A program made the position numbers and the translations under genes. Shown piece by piece: positions 48,931-60,900 of a DNA stretch of 64,000 nucleotides. The notes below the pieces were generated by a model. That model was not told where the DNA came from and ran no database searches. It saw nothing but the letters and a program-made list of their open reading frames with translations. The stretch comes from Oscillospiraceae bacterium (lineage in GTDB: Bacteria; Bacillota; Clostridia; Oscillospirales; Oscillospiraceae), in contig SVMI01000005.1 in the NCBI GenBank assembly GCA_015067495.1, positions 41,599 through 105,598 on the forward strand. Reading direction: 5' to 3'. Numbering within the stretch: the first letter of the stretch is position 1; every line of letters begins with the position of its first letter.

Positions 48931-48942
48931 AAGTACTCCTTT

Positions 48943-48958
48943 TGTTGGAAATCCAACA
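48943..48958. promoter_or_regulatory. Candidate Crp/Fnr-type binding site
   Basis: TGTTGGA-AA-TCCAACA, centred about 30 bp upstream of TATAAT (48980-48985) of the divergent unit. Confidence 0.45.
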
Positions 48959-49014
48959 TACTAACTGGACTCAGTATACTATAATGAAGCTACAAAGTCA
49001 AGGAGGTGCATGTT

Positions 49015-49266
49015 ATGATTTTAGAAGGTTGTCAGGCGAAACCCAGAACGCCTACCATTATAGAAAAGATCTGTCCCCAGTGCGGACACGAGATCGAGCT
49101 GTTTTCCATCGATACCCAGATGCCCTGCGAGCATTGCGGCTTCGTCGCCTATAACGATACCCTCAGCTGCGTCCAGTGGTGTAAGCATGCCAAGGAGTGC
49201 GTTGGAGAGGAAATGTACGAGCAGATGATGAAAATTCTTGAATCCCAGAAGGAAAGGGGAGCGTGA
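49015..49266 (+). CDS. Small Cys-rich (zinc-ribbon-like) protein
   Basis: CPQCG, CEHCG, CVQWCKHAKEC; AGGAGG RBS. Confidence 0.75.
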   Translation: MILEGCQAKPRTPTIIEKICPQCGHEIELFSIDTQMPCEHCGFVAYNDTLSCVQWCKHAKECVGEEMYEQMMKILESQKERGA

Positions 49267-49267
49267 G

Positions 49268-49936
49268 ATGATTCGCAGGATCATTGAGATCGATGAAGAA
49301 AAATGCAACGGCTGCGGTGCCTGCGCCAATGCCTGCCATGAAGGCGCCATCGGCATGGTCGACGGCAAGGCGAAGCTTTTGCGGGACGATTACTGCGACG
49401 GACTCGGCGACTGTTTGCCGGCGTGTCCCGTGAATGCGATCCGATTTGTGGAGCGGGAAGCGGCTGCTTACGATGAAGCTGCGGTGATGGCGGCGAAAGG
49501 GAAGGGCAGCTGTCCTTCCGGCGGCTGTCCCGGCGCGGCGGCAAAGCAGCTGGCATTTCAGTCCGCATCGGAGCTTCGTCAGTGGCCGGTGCAGATCAAG
49601 CTTGCCCCCATGCAGGCAGATTGGTATCAGGATGCGGAGCTTTTGATCGCGGCGGACTGTACCGCCTATGCCTACGCAGCGTTCCATCGGGATTTTATCC
49701 GCGGTCATGTGGTGCTGGTGGGCTGTCCCAAATTGGACGGCGTGGACTACTCCATGAAGCTGGCGCATATCCTCAGGAACAATGCCATTCGTTCCGTTAC
49801 GGTGGTGCGGATGGAGGTACCCTGCTGCGGTGGGTTGTCCTTTGCGGTGAGCAAGGCACTGCAGGCGTGCGGCAAGGAGCTTCCGTGCCGTGTGGTGACG
49901 ATCTCGACAGCAGGAAAGATCGTCGAAACCGCCTGA
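49268..49936 (+). CDS. 4Fe-4S dicluster (ferredoxin-type) protein
   Basis: CNGCGACANACH, CDGLGDCLPACP, C-terminal GCPKLD and MEVPCC. Confidence 0.88.
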   Translation: MIRRIIEIDEEKCNGCGACANACHEGAIGMVDGKAKLLRDDYCDGLGDCLPACPVNAIRFVEREAAAYDEAAVMAAKGKGSCPSGGCPGAAAKQLAFQSASELRQWPVQIKLAPMQADWYQDAELLIAADCTAYAYAAFHRDFIRGHVVLVGCPKLDGVDYSMKLAHILRNNAIRSVTVVRMEVPCCGGLSFAVSKALQACGKELPCRVVTISTAGKIVETA

Positions 49937-50221
49937 TCACACCCAAAATACAAATCAACTGCCGGATGCTCTGCAAAATGGAGCGTCCGGCTTCTTTTTG
50001 AGGTGGTGAACCAATATTTTTTTGGTTAAAAATGATGGATTTCCGTATGCGTTTTGGTGAAATTGTACAATAACAGATTCGCTTGTTTGTTCAATGCGTA
50101 GAAAACGTTTCAAAGTGCTTTGCGAGCGAAAACTTTTTGTAGATTCTGAAAAAGTTTTGTGTTATTATGATATCGTCTATAAGCCCGTCGTGGTAAAAAC
50201 TTTTGAAGGAGAGATCGTACG

Positions 50222-53200
50222 ATGTTTAAAGACAAAAAATTTGCACGCAGACTGGCACTTGTTTTGTGCCTGTCCCTGGTCGTGGGCATTCTGCCCATCG
50301 GCGTTCTGAACGCACCCGTTCCGGTCAATGCAGTACCGGACGACAACATGGTCGTCAACGGCGACTTCGAAGCTTCTGATACAGAACTCCTGAATTGGAA
50401 GCAGACTTCGGGCAAGGCAGCCTATGTCGTAACCGATAAGGGCGTCGACGGCTCCAATGCCCTGAATCTGGTTGGCAAGGGTCAGGAAGTGGAATCTGAC
50501 AAGTTTGCAGTCACTTCCGGCGCTGAGCTCACCATCACTTTCCAATACGTGCAGGAATCTGATGCAACCAAGGGCTTGACTGCTTACGCCCTGTGGTACA
50601 ACGAGGATGGTTCTTGGTATGATCCCAATGGTATTGGCGACCTTAACCAGTACAACGATTGGTGCACCAGCTTTGGCGTGACCATGAGCAATGAGTGGCA
50701 GGAATCCGTTAAGGTTCTGACTGTTCCCACCGGCGCAGCCAAGGTCGCGATCCGTTTCTATGCTGCCAGCAGTGTTGGCACTGAAAGCAACATTTACATC
50801 GATGATGTTACCGCTACTGAGGTCGCTCCCACTGAACCTCCCAAGGACGCTGTTTTTGCAGAGAATTTCGACAGCAACAACAGCGATGCAAAGCTGAGTG
50901 CCGCAGGTTGGACTGCAAATGAGAATTTCTCCGCTTCCAATCACAACATCGGTGTTTATGACACTGCTTATGAAGGCTGTGCTCTGTGGATGCAGCAGAC
51001 TTCCAGCGCATGGGCAAAGACTCCTGCAATCGCAGCTGTTCCCGGTGCGACCTATACGGTAAACGTTTTGACCAATGGTTCCGAGGGCGCAGCAAGCATG
51101 AAGCTCATCTTTGTGGATGCAGCCGGTAATGTATTGGCAGAGAGCGAAGAGGCTATCGGCACGGGTGCTGCATGGGCAGAAGAAACTGTCACAGCGGTTG
51201 CTCCTGAGAATGCTGCAAATGTCTACGTGTACTTCGACCGCGGAGCTAAGGACTGCGGCATCGATAATCTGGCGGTCTATGAAGAGCTGCCTGCCGAAGC
51301 TCCCACTGAAGAGACTACCGAGGCTACCGAGCCTTCCACCGAGGCTACTGAGCCTGCCAAGACTCCTGTTTTCGCAGAGAATTTCGACAACAACAACAGC
51401 GATGCAAAGCTGAGTGCCGCAGGTTGGACTGCAAGTGAGAATTTTGACAACAAGAATCATAACATCGGTGTCTTCGATACTGCTTATGAAGGTTGTGCTC
51501 TGTGGATGCAGCAGACTTCCAGCGCATGGGCAAAGACTCCTGCAATCGCAGCTGTTCCCGGTGCGACCTATACGGTAAACGTTTTGACCAATGGTTCCGA
51601 GGGCGCAGCAAGCATGAAGCTCATCTTTGTGGATGCAGCCGGTAATGTATTGGCAGAGAGCGAAGAGGCTATCGGCACGGGTGCTGCATGGGCAGAAGAA
51701 ACTGTCACAGCGGTTGCTCCTGAGAATACAGCAAATGTCTACGTGTACTTCGACCGCGGAGCTAAGGACTGCGGCATCGATAACATGGAGGTCTACATGA
51801 CCGAAGGCGCTGCTCCCGAGGTCACCGAGCCCTCCACCGAGGCTACTGAACCCTCTACCGAGGCTACTGAGCCTTCCGAGCCCGCAGGCGATCTCGTCTT
51901 CTCCGACAAGTTCGAAGAACACAACCTGCACGAGTATACCAATTCTGCAGGCAATCCCGCTACGAACCGCATTCCCGAGGGCTGGACTTCCTACGACCCT
52001 GCCAACATCAGAGTCGCTTGCAACAAGAACTATTTTGATGTTTACGAAGGCTACAACCTGTTCTTCCAGGAAGCCAAGGGCGACAAGTGGATCAAGAGCC
52101 CTGCGTTTGATGTCGCAGCCGGCAATACTTATACTGCCAACTTCATGGACATCAAGATGCCCGGCACTGTCGGCACCGGCGCTTATGCCGCCATCGTCTT
52201 TGTTGACGCAAACGGTGCTGTTGTCTCTACCAAAACCGCTGTTGCAGGTCTTGCCAATGAATGGACTGCAAACTCCGTTACTGCTACCGCTCCTGCAGGC
52301 GCAGTCGCTGCCTACATCGAGTTCGGTCTGAAGAGTGCTTCCGGCAACCCCGAGTTCGCAGTTGACAATCTGGAGGTCTATCTGACCGAAGGCACTGCTC
52401 CCGAAGTGACCGAGCCCTCCACTGAGGCTACTGAACCCTCTACCGAGGCTACCGAGCCTTCCACCGAGGCTACTGAGCCTGCCAAGACTCCTGTTTTCGC
52501 AGAGAGTTTTGACAGCAACAACAGCGATACGAAGCTGAGTGCCGCAGGTTGGACTGCAAGTGAGAATTTTGACAACAAGAATCATAACATCGGTGTCTTC
52601 GATACTGCTTATGAAGGTTCTGCTCTGTGGATGCAGCAGACTTCCAGCGCATGGGCAAAGACTCCTGCAATCGCAGCTGTTCCCGGTGCGACCTATACGG
52701 TAAACGTTTTGACCAATGGTTCCGAGGGCGCAGCAAGCATGAAGCTCATCTTTGTGGATGCAGCCGGTAATGTATTGGCAGAGAGCGAAGAGGCTATCGG
52801 CACGGGTGCTGCATGGGCAGAAGAAACTGTCACAGCGGTTGCTCCTGAGAATACAGCAAATGTCTACGTGTACTTCGACCGCGGAGCTAAGGACTGCGGC
52901 ATCGATAACCTGGAGGTCTACATGACCGAAGGTGCTGCTCCCGAGGTCACCGAGCCCTCCACTGAGGCTACCGAGCCCTCCGAGCCCGCATTTGATGGCA
53001 TTATTCCCAATGGCAGCTTCGAAGACGGCAAGACCGGCTGGCTGGGCGGCGCAGATGTTGAGATCACTGACAGAGATGTTTACGAAGGCTATTACGCTGC
53101 AGTTATCCCCGCTACGGAAGCATCCGTTTATATGAAGAGCGAAAAGGTTGCTGTAGTTCCCGGTCAAACCTATTATCTGTCTGTTATGGCAAAGCGCCTG

Positions 53201-54709
53201 TCCGGCGATGAGCAGGGCTACATCGGCTTCTGGTATGTGGATGAAAACGGCGCCTATGTTGGGGACGGTGCAATTTCCGTTCGTTTCTCCGCAGATGAGT
53301 GGACTGAGTACACGCTGGAGTGGACTGTTCCCGAAGGTGTTGCTTATTTCTGGGTTGAGTGGGGTGTAAACACCAAGGCAAACAGCTCTTTCGCAATTGA
53401 CAACATCGTTGTCACGGATGCTCCTTATGTTCCCGAGGGACCCACCGAGCCCAGCGTAACTGAGCCCTCCGAGCCCGCAACCGAGCCCACCGAGGCTCCC
53501 ATTTTCACTGAGACCTTCGAAGAGTTCTACAAGCCCGAAGGCAAGCCCACCACCCGCATCCCTGTGGGTTGGACTCCCAGCGTGGAGAGTGCAGCAATCG
53601 GCACTGCCGGCTACGACAAGTATGACGGCACGGAGAATCTCTGCATCCAGGATAAGCCCAACAAGGACATCAAGAGTCCTCTGATCGAGGTCATTCCCGG
53701 CTATGAGTACACTGCAACCTATGTTGAAAAGAAGTATCAGCCCGCAGTTTCCGCTACCGGCGGCTACGTCAAGATCGTCTTCGTCGATGCAGAAGGCACG
53801 ATCCTGAAGGAGTACTCTCAGGTCGCAGGTCAGAGTGCTGAATGGACCAACAAGATCCTCGTCAGCAAGGCTCCCGCAGGTGCAACTCACATGTATGTTG
53901 AGTTCGGTCTGAAGGATGTCACCGGCGGCGATCCCACTTACTCCGTTGATAACCTGGCAGTATACGCTTACGAGGCTGAGGTTGGCGGCGCTGAGCCCAC
54001 CATCCCCACCGAACCCATCCCCACCGAGCCCGAAGGCACCAACGTTATGTTCGGTGACAAGTTCGAGACTCTGGCGGATGCATCCACCGGCAATGGCGGT
54101 CCTCTCGGCTGGATCTCCAGCGACGATGTCAACGGCGCTTACTCTGCTGCGATCTCCGTCGGTACCTTCGGCGTTGAGAACGACGGCAACTTCCTGTGCC
54201 TGCAGACTCCCGGTCAGTGGAGCATCAAGAGCACCAAGTTCGCTGCCAAGGCAGGCTACGAGTACGAGGTCAAGTTCCTTGCCAGAAAGCTCGTTGACAA
54301 TGCCAATTACACCGGCGCGCTGACAGTCTTCTTCCTCGATGCTTACGGCAACATTACCGGCGAGGTCACCGAGACCGTCGGCAAGACCTACGGCGCATGG
54401 GCAGAGGAGTCTGTCAAGGCTGTTGCTCCCAACGGCACTGTTGCAGCATATCTGGAGTTCTCTCTGGACAACGCTGACAGAAAGACCAAGGGCGACTACG
54501 GTATCGATGATCTGGAAGTCATCAAGTCTGATGAGCCTGTCTTCATTCCCGAGGATCCCACCGAACCCAGCAATCCCAGCAACCCCAGCAACCCCGACGG
54601 TGGTAACACCGGCACCGGCGACTCCGTCGTCCTGCTTCCCGTCTTTGGTGTGATGGCAGCGGTCGTTGCACTGGCAGTTCTGGTCATCAAGAAGCGCAGA
54701 TTCTTCTAA
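50222..54709 (+). CDS. Large secreted, surface-anchored protein with eight CBM4/9-like modules and no recognisable catalytic domain
   Basis: Signal peptide; modules of about 145-160 aa from NGDFE/ENFD/DKFE to IDN/IDD, mostly joined by TEP-rich linkers; C-terminal TGD + hydrophobic helix + KKRR. Confidence 0.8.
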   Translation: MFKDKKFARRLALVLCLSLVVGILPIGVLNAPVPVNAVPDDNMVVNGDFEASDTELLNWKQTSGKAAYVVTDKGVDGSNALNLVGKGQEVESDKFAVTSGAELTITFQYVQESDATKGLTAYALWYNEDGSWYDPNGIGDLNQYNDWCTSFGVTMSNEWQESVKVLTVPTGAAKVAIRFYAASSVGTESNIYIDDVTATEVAPTEPPKDAVFAENFDSNNSDAKLSAAGWTANENFSASNHNIGVYDTAYEGCALWMQQTSSAWAKTPAIAAVPGATYTVNVLTNGSEGAASMKLIFVDAAGNVLAESEEAIGTGAAWAEETVTAVAPENAANVYVYFDRGAKDCGIDNLAVYEELPAEAPTEETTEATEPSTEATEPAKTPVFAENFDNNNSDAKLSAAGWTASENFDNKNHNIGVFDTAYEGCALWMQQTSSAWAKTPAIAAVPGATYTVNVLTNGSEGAASMKLIFVDAAGNVLAESEEAIGTGAAWAEETVTAVAPENTANVYVYFDRGAKDCGIDNMEVYMTEGAAPEVTEPSTEATEPSTEATEPSEPAGDLVFSDKFEEHNLHEYTNSAGNPATNRIPEGWTSYDPANIRVACNKNYFDVYEGYNLFFQEAKGDKWIKSPAFDVAAGNTYTANFMDIKMPGTVGTGAYAAIVFVDANGAVVSTKTAVAGLANEWTANSVTATAPAGAVAAYIEFGLKSASGNPEFAVDNLEVYLTEGTAPEVTEPSTEATEPSTEATEPSTEATEPAKTPVFAESFDSNNSDTKLSAAGWTASENFDNKNHNIGVFDTAYEGSALWMQQTSSAWAKTPAIAAVPGATYTVNVLTNGSEGAASMKLIFVDAAGNVLAESEEAIGTGAAWAEETVTAVAPENTANVYVYFDRGAKDCGIDNLEVYMTEGAAPEVTEPSTEATEPSEPAFDGIIPNGSFEDGKTGWLGGADVEITDRDVYEGYYAAVIPATEASVYMKSEKVAVVPGQTYYLSVMAKRLSGDEQGYIGFWYVDENGAYVGDGAISVRFSADEWTEYTLEWTVPEGVAYFWVEWGVNTKANSSFAIDNIVVTDAPYVPEGPTEPSVTEPSEPATEPTEAPIFTETFEEFYKPEGKPTTRIPVGWTPSVESAAIGTAGYDKYDGTENLCIQDKPNKDIKSPLIEVIPGYEYTATYVEKKYQPAVSATGGYVKIVFVDAEGTILKEYSQVAGQSAEWTNKILVSKAPAGATHMYVEFGLKDVTGGDPTYSVDNLAVYAYEAEVGGAEPTIPTEPIPTEPEGTNVMFGDKFETLADASTGNGGPLGWISSDDVNGAYSAAISVGTFGVENDGNFLCLQTPGQWSIKSTKFAAKAGYEYEVKFLARKLVDNANYTGALTVFFLDAYGNITGEVTETVGKTYGAWAEESVKAVAPNGTVAAYLEFSLDNADRKTKGDYGIDDLEVIKSDEPVFIPEDPTEPSNPSNPSNPDGGNTGTGDSVVLLPVFGVMAAVVALAVLVIKKRRFF
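50849..52925 (+). repeat. Three near-identical ~435-bp intragenic module copies (about 50849-51283, 51365-51800, 52490-52925)
   Basis: Long identical runs such as GGCTGTGCTCTGTGGATGCAGCAGACTTCCAGCGCATGGGCAAAGACTCCTGC; copies differ by a few substitutions. Confidence 0.9.
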
Positions 54710-54726
54710 GAATTATTCCAAACCCC

Positions 54727-54756
54727 GCAAGGACACCGCAATCGCGGTGTCCTTGC
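54727..54756 (+). terminator. Terminator; near-identical hairpin at 61839-61870
   Basis: AAGGACACCGC-AATC-GCGGTGTCCTT versus AAGGGCACCGC-ACAT-GCGGTGTCCTT. Confidence 0.8.
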
Positions 54757-54944
54757 TTTTTGTTTTTCTGTCTAAGAGCTTTGTTTTCGCAGCGTAGACA
54801 GATGCGGGTTTTGCACAAAAGAAAAAGTGTTTGTATTTTATTGGTGAAAATGGGAAACCTAGTAGACTTGCACAAGATGACGTGTTATAATACCCACATC
54901 CATTGGCATAATGCTACGGAAATCGAGATAGGAAGGTGTATTTT

Positions 54945-57900
54945 ATGAATAAACATCTGTCCAACACACTTTCGAAAGGTGCAGGCAAAAAAATGCTGCG
55001 CAGTGTGGCGATTTTGCTGTGTCTTTCACTGGTCTTAGGCTTGCTGCCTATCGGAATTTTGAGCACTCCTGCGAGTGTCAATGCCGTTCCGAGTGAGGAT
55101 GCAGCCAATCTGATCACAAACGGCGACTTTGCCGAAGGCACAAGCAGCTGGGGCGGTGCTGCTGCCGGAAAAGTTGCTGTTGTTGACGGCACCGTACAGG
55201 TTACTCCTGCCGGAAGCCCTGTGTGTCTGAATCAGACAGTGGAGATTTCTGCGGGCGAGACCTATGAGCTGACTCTCAAGTTTAAGTGGGAGTCTGCCAA
55301 CAAGAAGCCCTATGCAGGTCTGTGGTTCTTTAAGGACACGACCGCTAATGCCAACTGTCTGGAAATTGCCAAGGTTGACATCGCTGACCAGACCGGTGAC
55401 TGGGTCACTGTAAAGGTCAAAGGCGTTGCTCCCGAGGGCGCAAACCTGCTGCAGATCCAGATCGGTAACAACAGCGGTGTTGACGGTACTTACCGGCTGG
55501 ACGATGTTGTTCTGGTCAAGTCCAACGTTGTGGTCGTTTTCAGCGAGAGCTTCACGACTTATGCCGAGGACAATCTGCCCGGCTCCGGCCCGAAGGGTTG
55601 GGAGCTGAGCGAGACCGGCACCGGCAACCATACCTTTATTACCTGCTACGGTTATTCTCAGTACAGCGGTAAGGCTACCATGACTCTGCAGTCCAAAGCC
55701 GCTACCGCCAAGACGCCCGCTTTCGATGTCACTCCCGGTCAGACCTATACTGCTGAGTATTCCATCTATAAGCTGGGTGCCAAGACCGGCGGCTATGCCG
55801 CGTTCGTCTTTGAGGATGCCCAAGGCGCGGTTGTGAGCAATGAGCAGAAGTCTGTGGGCAGCGCAACGGAATGGACGGTACATTCTCTGTCCGTCGTTGC
55901 ACCCGCAAACGCGGCAAAGGCATATCTCATTTTCGGTATCACCGAGAGCGGTGATGACTTTGGCGTTGCAGAGCTGCTGGTTACAGCTGCCGGCAATGCA
56001 CCTGAGTCCACCGAACCCTCCACCGAAGCAACCGAACCCTCTACGGAGGCAACCGAACCCTCCACCGAAGCAACCGAACCCTCCACCGAGGCAACCGAAC
56101 CCTCTACGGAAGCAACCGAACCCTCTGAGCCGGCTGACTCCGCTGTGGTTTTCAGCGACAACTTCACTGTTTACGCAGTCGAAGGCAAGGTCGGTTCCGG
56201 CCCGAAGGACTGGGTGCTGAGCGAAACAGGGGAAGGCGATCACTCAACGATCACTTGCCGCGCATACTTCGGCAGACCCTCCCTGACGCTGCAGTCCTTT
56301 GCCGCAACGGCACAGACTCCCGCGTTCGCAGTTGTGGAAGGCATGACCTATGCCGTCACCTTCGAAGGCTATAAGCACGTGGCAGGGGAGCAGACTGGTG
56401 CTTATGTAGCACTGACCTTTGTGGATGCCGAGGGCAATGTGCTGCTTACAGAGCAGCAGGCTGCCGGCTTGACCCCCTCTGCGTGGGCGCCGGAGTCTCT
56501 TGAGGCGATCGCACCTGCGGCTGCGGTCAAGGCCTATGTCACCTTCGGTATGTCTGCCAATGCAGATTCCTTCTCTGTTTCGGATCTGGTGGTCACGCAG
56601 CTGAGCGCGACTCCTGACGAGACCGAACCCTCTGAGCCTGAGGATACCGAACCCTCCACCGAGGCAACCGAACCCTCTACGGAAGCAACTGAGCCTTCCA
56701 CCGAGGCAACCGAACCCAGCGAGCCTGTGGATTCTGATTACGTATTTGAAGACGATTTCACCACCTTCGCAGTCAGCGGCTCTGTCGGCTCCGGCCCGAA
56801 GGATTGGGTGCTGAGTGAGACCGGCACCGGCGATCATACCGCAATCACCTGCCGCGCATACTTCGGCAGACCCTCCCTGACGCTGCAGGTTCAGGCGGCA
56901 ACGGCGCAGACCCCTGCGTTCAATGTGGTTGCAGGCAAGGCTTATGTGGTTTCCTTTGAAGGCTACAAGCATATCGCCGGAAAGCAGAATGGCGGCTACA
57001 TCTCTCTGACCTTTGTGGATGCTGCCGGTAATGTGCTGATCACCGAGCGTCAGGCTGCCGGCATCAAGGCTGCCGCTTGGGCAGCGGAGTCTCTTGCTGC
57101 GATCGCGCCGGATGGTGCTGTCGAGGCGTACATTACCTTTGGTATTGCCGCCAATGCGGACTCCTTCTCCGTTTCCGATCTGAAGGTCGCTGAAATGGAT
57201 TCCATTCCTGAACCCACCGAACCCGAAGAGACCGAGCCTACCACTGAAGGCACCGAGCCTCCTCACAACGATGAGCTGGTCAACGGCGACTTCGAAGCAT
57301 CCGAGACGGAAATTCCCGGCTGGAGCTTCTCGAAGGGTTCTGCAATTCCCGTCATCTACCCCGGAGAGGGTATTGATGGCTCCAATGCGCTGAAGTTCAC
57401 CAACGAAAACAAGATGAGCGAGATGACCAGCGAGCTGTTCCCCGTAGAGGGCGGCAAGATCTATGATCTGATCGTCTGGAACCGTCTTGATCCCGAAGTG
57501 ACTCCCAGCACCCGTTTCGCTACCTATGTTTATTGGTACGATCGCTATGGCAACCTGATCCAGCAGGACAGTGCAGGTGCGATCAATTCCACCAATGACT
57601 GGGCGAAATTCATCGGCACGGTCACCGCACCTGAGGATGCAGCCTTTGCTGCTGTTCGCTTCTATGTCAGCGGCAACAACTGCACACTGGTTGCCTATAT
57701 TGATAATGTCTCTCTGACTCTGTCCGATTACACCCCCGTCGATCCCAACGTTTTCGAAGTCATCAACGGCGGCTTCGAGAAGGAGATCGCAAACTGGAAG
57801 CTGGGTGCCACTGACGGCGTGACCCACGAGGTCGTTTCTGACGGCGCATATGACGGCAAGTCCCTGCTGATCACGGCAACCGCTGTCGGCGATGTCAAGG

Positions 57901-60900
57901 CACTGATCAACTTCAGTCAGGTGCTGACCCTGCCCGATGCCAAGGCGATCGAGCTGTCTGTGATGGCGAAGTCCCTGAAGGGCGGAGCTGCCGGTCCGTA
58001 TATCGGTCTGTGGTTCTATGACGCTGAGGGCAATCTCGTTCCTCCCAGCACTGCATTCTCTATCCAGATCGCGACTTCCGAAAAATGGGAAAAGTACAGC
58101 CTGATTCAGGCTGTTCCCGAGGGCGCGGTTACGGTCAAGATCGAGTTTGGCAACCCCTCCGGCAAGGTGCTTGCTTACATGATCGATGATGTGAAGGCTG
58201 AGGTCTACACCGGTCCTGAGGAGAACATCAAGCCCGCAACACCTCAGAAGCCCTCTTCTGTGGGCAGCGGCACCGGCGAGATCGTTGATATCAGCAAGCT
58301 GAACGGCTCTGTCGAGATTTTGGATGCCAACGGTTATCCTCTGGGCTGGAGACTGCTGGGCGACGCGGTCACTTACGAGGTTCTGCAGCCTGCGGATGCG
58401 CCGGACGGCAAGAATGTCATTCAGATGACAAAGGATGTCAGCGGCGGCAACGCAATGCACAGTCCCCGCATTGCGGTTACTCCCGGCGAGACCTACGAGC
58501 TGAAGGTCATGGTCAAGGATATCGTTGGCCGCTGCATCATCAGTTTGAACGTCTTTGACATCAACGGCAAGCGCTTGGATGATGCTTGCAGATCGGTGAA
58601 CAGTCTTGGCACCGGAAAGTGGCAGATGTATTCGCTTCTTGCCGCAATGCCTGAAAATGCTGCCGGTATCGTGCTGGAAGTTTGGAACGGCATGAATACC
58701 AACTACACCTGCCAGGTGGATAAGCTGCGAATCCAGGTTTCTGACATTAAGACAAAGCCCACTTATCAGCCCACTCCTTATGAGTATCCCACCATTGAGG
58801 AGCTTACTGAAAATCTTACGGATGTTTATCCCCGTATTTTCTTCACCCCTGAAGAAGCAAAGGAAATCAAGCTCACCCGTTTCAACATGCTGAAGACCAA
58901 GTACGGCTGGACATGGAATGATCAGTATAACGCATTGCTTGAAAGTGCGGATGCCGTGCTGACACTGAAGGCTGGCGATAAGCTCACAGTCCGTTCCAAC
59001 ACCGGCAAGATGATCCAGATGAACTTCATGGAGGACGTCAATTCCCAGCGTCACAGAGATATTTATCTTGCCAACTCCTTCGACGAAGAGGGCAATCCTT
59101 ACGAGATCCCTTACACCGGCTTTGGCGCATTGGTCACCACCCAGTACGCAACCATGATGAAGAACTGCGCCCTTGCGTACATCATGACCGGCAAGAACAT
59201 TTACGCTGACCGCGCGATCGAAATCGCAATGACGGTTGCCGGCTGGGAAGGCTGGACCGACGAATACTGGGTCTCGAGCTACGGTGTTTCCGCAGATGCA
59301 AGCCATGCTTGGATGATGGAAGGTATGGTCGCGGTCTTCGATATGTGCCATGACCGCATGACAGAGGCGCAGATCAAGAAGCTGGAGCGCAGCATCATTG
59401 ATGAAGGTCTTGTTCCTTTGGCTGGTCAGGTTTCCACCACCAGTCTGGCAAACTCCAACATGATGATGATCGGCGGTGTTCTGTCTGGCTGTGCGGTTAT
59501 CCTGAACGAAGAAAATGCGGAAGAGATCAAGCCCTATCTGGATGCCGCTCTTCTGTGTGTACACAACGCGCTGGATAACTTCGCATATTCCGGCACCATT
59601 GAGGGTCACTACTACACCGACTTCGGTCTGCAGACCCTGATGCCCGGCGTGGGTCACATCTACCGCGCCACCAAGCTGGAAGGCATTATTGACCATCCGT
59701 TCCTGTCTGAGATCCTGCCTTACTGGACCATCATGTGGGGCGCGAATGTCACCGGCAGCCACCCCAACTACTCCGATGCTTCTGTCGCTACCTACATGCA
59801 GATCCCCCTTGGCGTTCTGTCCAAGCTGACCCACGATCCGCTGATCGACGGCTTCCTGATCAACGCCGGCGGTGTTGGCAGCGCATTTAACAATCTGATT
59901 TACCTGAAGCCCGATCCCAAGCCGGAGTACCTCAGCGATTACGCTGCCGTTATTGAAAACTTCGGCTACGGCGCACTGCGTACCGGCTTTGCTGATGACG
60001 ATATGCTGCTGACGCTGAAGGCAAACGACTCTCAGTCCGGTCATAACCACTACGACCAGAACTCCATCCAGTTCTCCGTTGGCCCGAACTGGCTGATTAC
60101 CGACCCGGGTTCCGGCTCTTACTACTCTGCTGACCGTTCCTTCTGGACGCACAACGGTCACTCTACCATCCTTGTTGACGGCAACTCTCAGATGATCAAG
60201 GGTCTGTCCTCTACAAAGCTGGTCTTCAACAACAGCCTGTATTCCTACATTGTGGGTTCTGCCGAGAAGGCATACGGCGCAGACTATGACAGCAGAATGC
60301 TTGAAAAGTTTGACCGCCATGCTATTCAGGTCAACCACGAGGACAAGGGCTACTATGTCATCATTGATGACCTGCTGTCCGTCAAGCCCCGTGAATATAC
60401 TTGGCAGATGTACAACGGCGCCCGCAACACCTTCTCTGTTGACGATGTGGAAGTTCCGAAGGAAACTACCGCTATGGGCAACAAGGTATCTGTGCCTATG
60501 GGCAAGAACGTTCTGAACCTGAACTTCATTGACAGCGAAAAGCTGACCATTGGTGACAGAATCTACAGCGGCGGCTTCTGCTTGGGTGCAACGTCGGCTG
60601 CCACTAAGGCGCACCAGTTCATGACCGTTATTTCCACCGATTCCAACATGCTGTCGCTGGACATCAACTTCTTTGACATCCTGAACGGCATGCGCTCCAC
60701 CGTTCCTGAACGCATTGCTGAGGGCGAGATCTCTTGGTCTTCCAGCATGCCTGTCGGTCAGGAAATCGTTAAGCCCAACGCAGTCGGTATTACTTCCTCT
60801 ATTTTCTACCGTGGTAACGGCATCGGCGACTGGCTGGAGGTCCCCTTCACGGTCGAAGAGGGCGGCGTGTTCGATTTCGACCTGATCATGGGTGTTTCCG

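Noticed and set aside
50098-50160. AAACGTTT palindrome and AAAACTTTT..AAAAGTTTT repeat as LacI/CcpA operators of the surface-protein gene
   Set aside because: Short, AT-rich, and not repeated upstream of the two sister genes; too weak to call.
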